From Priapulus caudatus (lineage: Eukaryota): a stretch of DNA of 58,842 nt. The position numbers and the translations under genes were made by a program. The DNA is taken from the NCBI RefSeq assembly GCF_000485595.1, contig NW_014577087.1, positions 1-58,842 on the forward strand, given 5' to 3'. The notes beneath the pieces are model-generated. The model saw nothing but the letters and a program-made list of their open reading frames with translations, was not told the DNA's origin and did no database searches. Below, piece after piece: positions 24,101 through 36,100 of the stretch. Numbering within the stretch: position 1 is the first letter of the stretch; the number at the start of each line of letters is the position of its first letter.

Positions 24101-27100
24101 TGTTTCCCTAACTTTACTGTTGTAAACTACCTTGATTAAATTTAGGTTATTAAGGTTGTGAGTTTAACCAGCTAATTGTTTTCCATTGCAGAAACTGGGA
24201 AATTTGTTGATATGCTATTTGAGTCATTAAAAACCAAAACGTACATTGTAAAAGTAGAAGAAAGTAATGGACTCCAGGCTTTATCACAGTCAGAAGAAAG
24301 AAATGTCATTGTGAAGCAAGAGGAAAAGATTGATATTAAGAAAGAGGTATGTGCCTGAAAAATTGACATTCATTTCGGAAGAGGAATTGTGTCATCACAG
24401 TTTGTGTATGTTAGCACATTAAATGCTTACAGGTACACCACCGATTTTCCGGAACCCTTGGTCCAGGTACACCCCCAATTCAACCATACACCTCTAAGCA
24501 ACTAAATACCTCCCATGTCTCTAAAGCGCCATGCACTGCTAGAAACTTAAATGAATGGAATTTTTTTGTGTTTTTTTAATTTTATTATTGACACTTGCAC
24601 CTGCCTTAGAATCAACATAAAATCAACAGCTCACCACCAAATGCTGCAGTTTAAACAATTTAAGGAGAGTGCGCCACCGGCAACGCCATCTGTGGCCACC
24701 CGGTAAACTAATAGGAATTTCAAATGAATTTTATCCGGACTAAAAGAGGTTCCGGACAATCGGTGTCCGGAAAATCGGTGGTGTACCTGTATAATACTTT
24801 GGTAATGTGTGTGCTAAAACATAAGTAGAATGTGAAACTTTTTAGCTGTAAAAAATCGTGAGGTTGGATTATGAATGGGAGATCATAAATATTTTGCTAT
24901 TAGAGTACTTAGTTGTGAAGGTGGCATGTTTCTTCTGCAGTCGGATGAGGAGAATAGGAAACCACCAACAGAAACAAGGCCTCGAAGTCCAACCATTTCC
25001 GTGCGAAGAAGCAGCCCTGGTAGAAGAAGTCCACTAAGGAGAAGTCCGGAGAGAAGACGGAGCAGGAGCCCTGGAGGAAGACAGTTTGTTAGAAACAGGT
25101 AAGTGTGAGAAATTTATTTGTCATACAGGGTTTCTTATACATAGGAGGCATAGTGGCGCACCACCGTTGTCAAATTTAACATCGCCGTTCTGAAAATGTT
25201 CCTGTATTTACTGATAAGTATATCCTGTATCTATATACCTATAAGTATATCAATACATCCTGTATTTGAATACATCATGCGTGTTTTTTCCCAAACTGGC
25301 CTCATTACCTCCTCTGTCTAATTTTCTCTCAGAAGAAACCCAGTCATATTAAAACCATTTCAAAAGAAGTCTCATTGGTAAAAAATTAAAAATGCTATTC
25401 CCACTGTGTATAATTGTAAACCTAAAAGACGTGTATTGACTCACTGTGTAGCACTGGATAAGTCTGATAACACGATCATTGGTTGTTAAAACATAATATG
25501 ATGGATTTATGTAAACTCCTAACAATTTTTGTTATCACTAGTGACTAGGCATTCTTTACTGATGTCGCCTTAATACAAATAACCAAAAAAGTATGTTGTA
25601 TAAGTTTATATGAGGAGATTACCATGTCCGTTCATTTGTCTCGGAGACTGATTGACATGATGTGTGGTGACGTGTCAGTGTATTCTTACAGGGACGACCG
25701 AGGAAGGCGGGACTACGATGACAGGCGCTATCCCATTCGACGGCAGGTTGGAAGTCGTTACGACCGTGCCCCGCCCTCAAGGAGGAGGAGAACTCGTAGT
25801 CGGTCTCGCAGTCGGTCGCCCGATCGATTGAAAGGTAGCCTCCGTTTCTTTCGTGTGGAAACGGGACAGTGTATTCGTCAATTAGAGCTATGTAAAAATA
25901 CCCGAAAAGCTACTTCTTTTTCATCTGGCTCTAAGAAAAATGAGTTGTTTTTTTGCATCAAACACTAACCCATATCCTAACCTTTTCAATGTTTGGAATT
26001 GCAGCAGATAGTGGAAATGTACTTAGCTGTTTCCTTTGAATATTGTAACTACTCATGGAATATCAATATCCAGGGGTAGAAATTAACCTTTGAACAAGGA
26101 AGTCCGTGACAAAATGAGGGAGTCTGGAGTCTGAAGTTCCAAATTAAAGATATTAACAATAACGCATGTGCTTATTTTGAAGATTCATGCGGTTGCACGT
26201 ATGCCCAATTTTTTTTGGACATGTGCTGAAAAAATACAGTAATTCAGCGAGGCCTTGCTCTGGAACGAACTAGTTAGTATGGCAGAAGTGTCAGGGAGTC
26301 ACGCGGACTCCTGAATATGTCAAATCAGGGAGTCCGGCAGTAAATCGGAGAGTATTTGACTCCGGACTCCGGTTAATTTCGCACCCTGAATAACTATGTG
26401 TTAACCCCATTTTGCCATCTTGCTCTGTACAGCAAGAGCAGCTAGTCCGCACCCGAAGTCAAAGTCACGGTCAAGGTCACCAATAGCGGCTGATGCGAAA
26501 TTGCGCAGTCCGCTGCGATCCCGGGACACGCCCACGCCTCCGCCCCCACCGATCACGTCTGTCAATTCTGCAGTAGCACCGCCTCCTCCTGCTGCGCTGG
26601 TGAGCGAGGGCAGACGTGTCGGCAAACCCCGATGTCGAGATTACGACGGTGAGTGGTCGCTGATTTCCTCACAGTGGAAATAAAAAGTCCCTCGCAGTGT
26701 ACACAGCAATGCATTTCGTTCGACATCTTAAATTTGAGACTGATTCTGTCGGTCTGAAATTTGAGATTGATTCTGATTCTGATTCGGTCGGCTGATTCCA
26801 TCCTAGATGCCTCGTGCTGTTATTTCGGAGGCCATACTTAGGCGTCGCCTACTCCATTCAACAACAGTGAACTTAAGTGTCCATTGGCATGAACTTGATT
26901 ATGCTAATTATGTGATTGCAGAGAAGGGATTCTGCATGAGAGGTGACCTGTGTCCATTTGACCATGGTCAGGACCCGGTCATAGTGGAAGACGTAAACCT
27001 ACAGTCGATGATCACGTTTGGTACACCTGTGCCTGGTTAGTGGAAGCACAGTCGTAAAATAGTTTTGCGGTTGTTATTTCCTATCAATGGGCCATTACAG

Positions 27101-30100
27101 CTTCTGCTTTCGGTTGGTATTATATGGTGCATATTATTCGATAGGCAAAATTTGATAAGCGTACATATTATAAATGCACAGTCTTGTTGAAAGTGAAAAG
27201 CTGTGAAATTGCGGAGTCACAATTTTCTAAATCTAGGACTGGATGTGTTTTCAATCGTATTTGCCATTACTGTATTATTTGATGCCATGCTGAACACGTC
27301 TATAAAGCAGAATGTCGTCGTCTCGCAGGAATGCCTGGGCCGCCGCAGGGCCCGCCGCCGCATCAGCCGGGCATCGGCCCTCCGCCCTCGATCACGTCTA
27401 TGTCCGGCAACCCGATGCCAATGTCGCATCCGCCACCGCCGCCGCACCGTCCGCCCGTGCCCATCTCACAACACAGCCTGCCGCCGCCGCCACCACGCCT
27501 TCCCGTCGAGCCGTACATCCCCGAGCCGTACAACCCGGAGACGCCGGGAATCAGCCGGCCGCGCGCGCCGCCACCCCCCAGCATGCCGCCGCCGCCGCAC
27601 CGGCCACACGGAGGACCGCCCCCGCCGTTCTGGAACCCTCCGCCGGGATTCAACCGGCCGGTGCGACATGCAGCGCCACTGAGGCAGCGCGAGCTCGTCT
27701 CGCTCGTCGGCTCCCACTCCGTCGCCCCGACAGGTAACGTTCGCCGATTGTCTCTCTTCGCGATGCCATCTCTGCGAAAAAGATTGCGGTAACCTGACAT
27801 GTTCAACAGCCGGGGTGTCTGCAAAATTGTAATTGCCGCTTGTTTGTCGCAAGCGGATTTGTCGCTTTATGTGTACAGCTGTATATGTCCTTGTAAGTAA
27901 CGTGTCGGGGATAAATCTCATGTTCGCCAATCGTCGCCCGCGATGCCGTTACATCAACAGGGTTCGACACTAACGCTAGTCCGTTAGTCCGAGACTAGTA
28001 AAAAATAAGAAGGACTAGTAAGTGCCCCATAGCTGTTAGTCCTGTGGACTAGTTATTTTCCCCGTCCCTCACCGTCCCAATTTCCCATCCTCCCATCGAT
28101 TTTACTATAGTCTGATAGTCCCGGCGTCAGCTTCTCTCAACAAATATCCAAAGAGCTATATATATAACTCATTGCCATCAACAAGTTTTCCCTAGTAGAC
28201 GTGCTAGTACAAGTAGACGCTAGCATGTTCTGCACGCTCTAAGCACGCTAGACCCTATGACAGTACAGACATTGTTAAAAACAATGGGGCCACGAGTCTA
28301 CTGATCGATCGCTTGACAGTAGCTGTTGACATAGAACAAACGGTCTGAACCGTCTGATTGTATAAATGACACAACGAATCATAGCGAGGTATTTACATCG
28401 CAACCACATCGCATGCGTGTTTTACTTGAAGCTGTCGATACAAATTGTTATTTATAGTAGTGATACAAGTAGTGAAGCATATTAGTAGGTACATCCTTAT
28501 CCAAATACTAACATCAAGGTTGTTATGTGGGTCCTCCACCTCCCAAACGTCGCAGGAGGAGAAATTAGATGGCCAGCGTGTATATGATAAGACCAAAAGG
28601 ATGCATACGTTCCAGCCAGCGTGGAAATCGTCATACCCGTGGCTAGAGTATGACCCGGCCAAGGGTATGACTTGTGGTGCAGGCTGTATGTCTGGTAGTT
28701 TGTTTCACCGGCACTACAAACTATCGTTTGGAAACTGTTAAAGCGCATAATGCTTCCGAGGGGCACAGAAAGATCATAGCAAAAAGAAATGCAAGGACCA
28801 TGCCTGTTCACGAAAGAGTGGGGGCAAAAACACTAACTTTAACTAGACAGAGGGCACTCACGGAGAGTGCATACCTCCACCAGAGACATACTCCATACGA
28901 CTCACGAACACACGAATAACCCAGGATATACGCCAGCACATGTACATGTATGTGTTACGAGCTGGCTCGCCGCTCGCTGCTGCTGACTGACTGGTCTGCT
29001 GCTGACTCGACGCGCTAATATCGATTGCGCGAACACACTAGCACACTAACACACGAACACACTACACGAGAGCGATCCCATAACCTCCTCCACTTCGTGG
29101 GCGGAGGTAATGAACAAGGCCACAATAGCAAAACTGAATATCCTAATTAGAAATGCAGCATAGCTATTTGAAAAAAACGGCAGCCCTACACTGATTAGTC
29201 AAGCTGGCCAGCTTGACAAGCCCATAGGGTTATATGTCGGCAGAACTTAACTCACCGACAAGGCCTGCTAGAGGTTCATTATGGCGATAGCCGATACAAG
29301 CGGCCGAAAGCAGTTTGGAGCTATAAATGAGGCCAATCCTTGCCGTGATAAGGTGAGCCGGGATCCACAGATCCTCATCAAGGAGGCTCGAAATTTTATT
29401 TCGAAATTAAAATTAATTTAATTTTCAATTAAAATTTAAATTTAATTTTCGAATAAATTTAATATTAATTTTCGAAATTAAAATTTAATTTAATTTAAAT
29501 TTTAATCTATAATGCCATATCAAAGTTACTATATTTATACCAATTGACAGGGTCTTTTGGCAAAAACCAGTTTCTGTGGAACACCCCCTTTACCCTGGGG
29601 GAAACCGGCGCCTAGCAAAGAAGGGGGGGGCTCCACCCTCCAAACCCACCTACCTCCTGGCAAATCACAATGCTCGTCGCTCCTGCGCGTAGTAAAGGTC
29701 CCTTCCGCAGGACTAGTAGAATCTTGGAAGGACTAGTACATTTTTTATTTTACTAGTCCTGTGGAATAATGAACTAAAATGGTTAGTATCGAACCCCTTA
29801 AAAAGATTTCTCGTTTGCGGTAACCTGACGCATTTAACAACCGGGGTGTCTGCAAAATTGTGATGTGCCGATTTGTCGCTTTATGTGTACAGTTGTATAT
29901 GTACGTGTAAGTAATGTGTTGAGATAGAAATTAGGCCTAACTATTCTAGTTTTGATGGTACGCGATGCTACGGCCAGTGAGTTTTTCAACGTGATTACGT
30001 CTGCTCAGCTTGGGAGCTGTCACGTCATCGGGAATAGGGAATGACGTTGCTTTGTGCTCACGCATGGTTTTCGCATCGACGCAGGTGCTGAACATCAGAG

Positions 30101-33100
30101 GCAGCAACCAGATGTCGCGTTGGGAAGCAACCGCATTGTGATCACGCAGAAGCGTCCGTATGACGACGTGGACAAGGATCGCATTCCGAGCTACAACCCT
30201 GAAGAGCCGGCGAAGCGGTCGACCGGATTTGACTACAGCCGACTGGGTATGGTGCGCCCGCTCACGCTGGGCTTTCATCCACAGCAAATAAGTAATAATA
30301 AATACTTGGTATGCAGTCGGTTCATTGAATGCGCTGCTGCGCACATGCTGTTGTGATATTGAATGCAATGCTACCTTCATGCTGCGGAAAGATTAAATAG
30401 TCGTTAGGGTCGGGCTAGGGTGGGACGATTCATCGATGTATCGCAATACAAATGTCGACGATACACTTATCGATACATGTCGTGCGGATCGTATTGTTAG
30501 TAACCTGTATGGTCTCGCTCCTAATAACTAGTTATAATGCTTACAGTTGGTCCTCTATTGTGTGGTGTAGATTCAAGCATGTAGTTAGTCATAAAAATCT
30601 CAAATTGTATCACATGGTAATCTCTCTTTGTGAGTACACCGTGAATTTGCGTGTGGAATCCGCAAATGTTTCATGCAATTATGTAGGTGTTTGCAGATTG
30701 TTTCTATGCAACTTTCTGGAATGCGGGTGCCGTTTGCTTGCAGGTGGGATCAAAAAGACGTCGGGGTACGATCCCAACAATGTCGTGCTTGAAATCAGGA
30801 AAATTCCACGTGGATTTAATAATATCGGCAAGATAAATGAACACTTTCAGAAGTTTGGAACCATCACAAATATCACGGTGAGTTGATTCATTACACCACT
30901 GAGCACGCAGTGAAAGGACTTTGAATTAGTGTCTTAACATGTCAACGCTGCCTTGTTAACAATGGATCTATTGCCTTGTGCTGGAATTTTCGCTTATTCT
31001 TCAATGTTTTACATCAAAATTTTCATCTATTTACACACAAGAACACCATGATATTTTTAGACATTCAAAATATACAGAAGATGTGCAGTAAATATCTGTT
31101 TTGATATTTTATCAAATCTGTCGACTACATTACAAAATAATAACCTGAAAAACCTGTAAATGTCGACTTTTTGTGTGCCAGCCGACCATTGATGCGATGT
31201 TAGTTTGGAACTTCATTATGATGAACTTATAAATTTATACTACTTTAAAATCAGTAATCCAGCTAAACCTCGCAGTTACTGTAGTATCAATCTAGTACTG
31301 TGTTTACCTGTCGAAATTTGTATCAATATTTTCAATTTGTTGTTATGTTGTTTATTAAAATATCCGTAACAAACCTGTTTCCAGCAGTGTTTACAAATTT
31401 AATGATAACATTAGTCTTAAGATGAACATTTTCTGTAAGACCGCTGACAAAAATATCGTAAAGTTACGAGAATGATAAATCCTTCCAAATTTCCTCATAG
31501 CTTTACGAAACGATATTCTGTTGACGGTCTACGCCTCTACGGGGAAAAATTCACGTTACGACTAATGTTAGACTAATTTTGTTTCTGATAACGGGGCCCA
31601 ATGGTTTTCTTCCTTCTTTTCCCACTCGAATGTTAATAATACGGGCAGTTATTTCATTATCTGTTTGCAGGTGTGCTATGAAGGCGACGTTGAAGCTGCG
31701 TTAGTGCAGTTTCTCACGCATGCTCAGGCTAATGCTGCTTACCGGTCACCGGACCCCGTGTTCAACAGCCGGTTTGTGAAAGTCTTTTGGCACAAAGAGG
31801 TAACTAATGTGTTCTAGTACGACGCCTGGCTGTGGAGTATTCATGCGTGCTGCCCGAGATCGCCGAATGATTGAGAACTGCGATCCGTTGAGCATTTCTT
31901 TGCGGTGAAAAGTATTATCGACATTGCTCTCTGGACGCTGGATGTGTCGCATTTTCAAGCGTGTGCATCGTGTAATATGTTCTGTTAAGTGCTTACCATT
32001 GCTACAGGGCCTGTTGCTGGGTAGAACTGACGTGCCTTGTTTCACAAATCACTATTGTGCACTGTAGGGTGGATTGCACGATAATGTGCCTGCGGCTAAG
32101 AAGGCTCCACTGCCAGCCAGAGCACAGCTGTCACTCAACAACATGCCCAAGGCCGAGGACAAAACAGAGGAGCCGGTAAGCAAGTTGTTAGCGAGTGTGG
32201 AATACTTTAAAAAATCAGATGGAAACTTGCTGATTTTGGAAACTTTCCCTCTCTTCTCTGCTAAAGTTCTCTAAGTGCTCACTTGAGTAGATATGTGTTC
32301 TGGTTGATGCTGTCATGTACTACGAGGTTTTAATATAGATCCAAAGTTTCCGGGTTGGTAACCGGCTCTCGTATATTCTCATCTGGGTCAGGGAAAAAAA
32401 TAAAATGTCTTTTTCAGGGGCTACTTTTCAAGCTCGCGTGCATGAAAATAGCACTCTAAAATTTGGTTTGCATTGAACTCTATGCAAATTTACGGGGGCT
32501 CTTTTTGCCAGTTCCGGGGCTCTTTTTGGCATTTCGGGGGCTAAATCGCCCCGAGCCCCCGTGTATTTTTTTCACTGATCTGGGTAGATCTGTGTTCTGG
32601 GTGATGCTGTCAAGTACTGTGAGGTTTTAATATAGATCTAAAGTTTCCGGGTTGGTAACCAGCTCTCGTATATTCTCATCTGGGTAGATCTGCATTCTGG
32701 GTGACGCTGTCAAGTACTGTGAGGTTTTAATATAGATCTCGGCATGTGTAATGAGCATGGAGTGTACTGATATTTCATGCTGTTAGGTGCATTACAGAGT
32801 AGCTAGAATAGTCTTATTCGATTGCGTGCAGTGTAACGCATACAGCAATCATCAGACTGGATCGTAATGCGATAGCTAGCTTACCCCTCTGCCCCTCTGA
32901 CGTTTATTGTGCCATAACGTGTACGATAGCATTCACCAGGGCGTCCCCTATTAGCAGAGATGATGGTGTATATTTGTTTAGTATTGGCTTAGGCACTAAC
33001 ATTTTTTGTATCATGCAGTATGGTATGATGTTTTTTCTCTCACTACATTTGAACTTATCTTTTTTATCTGGGCTATTGCTACTATTACAGATGTGATAAT

Positions 33101-36100
33101 TTATTTTGTGTAAAAACTAAATTGTTTAGGAATTTTTGGTGCTGTCGTTTTTGGTAAAAATGTGATGAATAAGGCAATAATAAAAAAAAGGCAGTCATTG
33201 TCAAAATTATGTGGCTTAATTGTAAAAATGAGGTATATATCTGCTTTCAAATTGCAAAATTTAATTTCCATTTGGAACACAAATTGGTTTGATAGTCAGT
33301 ACTCAAGAGTCAAATCTGGCCTACATTAAACCTTGATTGGCGTAGTTTTGCTGTACAACTGCATCTCGAGGGTAAAAGGTGTCCTTTGTGGACAGGTTTT
33401 GATTTGATAAGAGGTGCCCATCAACATCGATTTGACTACATAGTTTTATGTTTGAACTTTGACGTACACAACGTGGACGAATTTAACTAGAACTCCCTGC
33501 CTGCATAAAACTACGATGCGTGACGACGTGCTTTCGTCAACGTTGCAGGCCGTCGTGCACAAAACATCGACGGGGCTGACGAGGACGGTGTACAATGCTG
33601 CGACAGCGCACGCACCGCCGCCCCCGACCGCCAAGACGTCGGCGGAGGCGTCATCTGCGGCGGCGATCAAGGAGGAGATTCTGGAGCAGATCAACGTCGC
33701 GAACAGTGCGGCCGTCGCGCGGTCGAACGCGAAGAAGAAGCAGGAGGAGAAGATGAAGGTGAGGTGGTGAGGAGGGTGGAGACGGGCGGGGGAGGCAGGG
33801 AACTTGTGACGTGGAAGTGCGCGTTTCGAGCGGAAACGAGGGGGTGGGGCACGTGCGAACGTCCTGAGGCGGTCCGGAGAATGTCAGTGAAGCCGTGCAT
33901 GCGTACGTGCATGTGTGCTCGTGTGCATTTGCCTGCTTGTGTGCATGCGTGCGCTCTTGCTCGTCTGTTGCGTCGCGTCTGCTCGTGTGCGTGCGTGATG
34001 CGTCTGCTCGGGTGCGTTCGTCTCGCTCGTGTGCAGTGGTGTTTCGTACTGCTCGTGTGCGTCGCGTCGTGTCTGCTCGTGTGCGCGTGTTCGTGACTGT
34101 CCTGCTTGTGTGGTTCAGCACTGCTCGTGTGTGTCGGGGGGAGGGGGGGCGTTCGTTCTGCATCGTGTGCGTGAGTTCGTCCGCCTCGCGTAAGCGTGGG
34201 AGCAAATATGTCTGCTCGTGTGCTGATGCGCCTGCTCGTCGTGTCGCTCTGCAATCTCGTCTGCTTTGTGCCGTGCGTGTGTACTTCGCCCTGTGCGTGG
34301 CCGTATCGTCTGCTCGTGTGCGTGTGTTTCGTCTGCCTCGTAGTGCGTTTGCGCTGCTCGTGTGCGTGCGTTCGCTGCTCGGTGTGCGTGATGTTCGTCC
34401 TGCCTCGTGCTGCTTTTTGCCTGCTCGTGAGTGCGTTTGCCTGCTCGTAGGGGTGCGCGTGCTGCTGCGTGTGTGTGCGTTCGTCTCTCTTTGCGTGCGT
34501 CTGCCTCGTGTGCGTCTTGCCTGCCCTCGTGTGCGTGTGTTCGTCTGCCCGTGTGCGTGCTTGCCTGCTCGTGTGGCGTTCGTACGTGCTCGTGTGTTGT
34601 GCGTTCGTACCTTGCTCGTGTGCGTGCGTTCGTTCTGCTCGTGTGCGTTCGTCTGCATCGTGTGCGTGCGCGTCTGCTGCGTGTGCGTCGCCGTTTCCGT
34701 CTGCTCGTAGTGCGTGCGTTCGCTGCTGCGTGGTGGCGTGTGCTCTGCTGCGATGTGCGTCGTGTCTGCCTGGTGTGGCGTGCGTTCGTGCTGCTCGTGT
34801 GCATGAGTTTGCCTGCTTGTGTGCGTGCGTCTGTCGGTGTGACCTAGTGCGTCTGCTCGTGTGCGTGCGCTGCTCGTGGTGGCGTTTGCCACTGCTCGTC
34901 GTGCGTGCGTCTGCGCTGCCGTGTTGCGTGCGTGCGCTCATGGTGCGTGCGTCTGCTCAATGTGCGTCAGCGTCTGCTCGCGTGTGTGCGTCTGCTCGTG
35001 TGCCGTGCTTCTGCTCGTGTGTGACGTGCGTCTGCTCGTGTGTGCGTGCGTCTGCTTAATGGTGTGTGTCTCCTATACTCGTTCGGGGCATCGCATGCAT
35101 GCGTGCATGTGGCTCGTGTGCGTGCCTCTGTGTGCTTGTGTGCGGGTGCGTGCATGCTGCGTGTGCTCAGTGGTGCGTGCGTGTGCTCGTGTGCGTGTGC
35201 TCGTGTGCGTGTGCTCGTGTGCGTGCGTGTGCTCGTGTGCGTGTGCATGCATGCGTGCGTGTGCTCGTGTGCGTGTGCTCGTGTGCGTGTGCTCGTGTGC
35301 GTGCGTGTGCTCGTGTGCGTGTGCATGCATGCGTGCGTGTGCTCGTGTGCGTGTGCTCGTGTGCGTGTGCTCGTGTGCGTGCGTGTGCTCGTGTGCGTGT
35401 GCATGCATGCGTGCGTGTGCTCGTGTGCGTGTGCTCGTGTGCGTGTGCTCGTGTGCGTGCGTGTGCTCGTGTGCGTGTGCATGCATGCGTGCGTGTGCTC
35501 GTGTGCGTGTGCTCGTGTGCGTGCGTGTGCTTATGTGCGTGTGCGTGCATGCGTGCGTGTGCTCGTGTGCGTGCCTCCGTGTGCTTGTATGCGTGTGTGA
35601 GATATTCTGCTCTCTCAGCATTGCACTGCGGCGATGTCTGATGTGTCGTGACGGACGCCGTCTCTGATTATTTGTAATCTCTGGTACGTTATTATTGCAA
35701 TGCATAAGGGTATTGTAAGATGTTGTTGCGACGCGCGGGATTGTAATATGATATTGTTGTGACGAGCGAGATGTTAATATGTTATTTTTGCGACACGCGA
35801 GATTGTGAGAGGTCATTTTGGAGACACGTAGGATTCGCTTAAGCTAGTAGTGCGGCGTGAAGAATCGCCGTACAGTATTGTCACGCGGTATACGGGTTTT
35901 GGAGTGGCGGTACTTTATGTACAATGGGTCAGCTATTAGATTATTGTCATTGATTTAGGTTATTAAAAGAAATCTTGTAAAATACCTATAAGTATAATCG
36001 TTCGTGCATTTCTGTTGCATTATTCACACGGTGGTCAGCACTGTTTTTACGCGCGTAACACCTGTCTTCCGTTGTCTTACAGCAAGGAGCCAAGTTGAAG

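Larger units (their letters stand above)
27958..29798 (+). mobile_element. Deleted/decayed hAT DNA transposon (ZNF862/C17orf113-like) in RBM26 intron 8
   Basis: TIR cagggttcgacactaac / gttagtatcgaaccc; clustered ggactagt subterminal motifs at both ends; internal transposase remnant. Confidence 0.8.

Noticed and set aside
27203..27930. Alternative-frame and antisense ORFs over exon 8
   Set aside because: Shadows of GC-rich proline codons
31380..31600. Possible PIF/Harbinger-like MITE end (ttctgataacggggcc)
   Set aside because: Only one terminus found, no TSD
33651..35816. Many 200-400-aa ORFs on both strands
   Set aside because: Products of a stop-poor CGTG/CACG simple repeat inside an RBM26 intron; low complexity only
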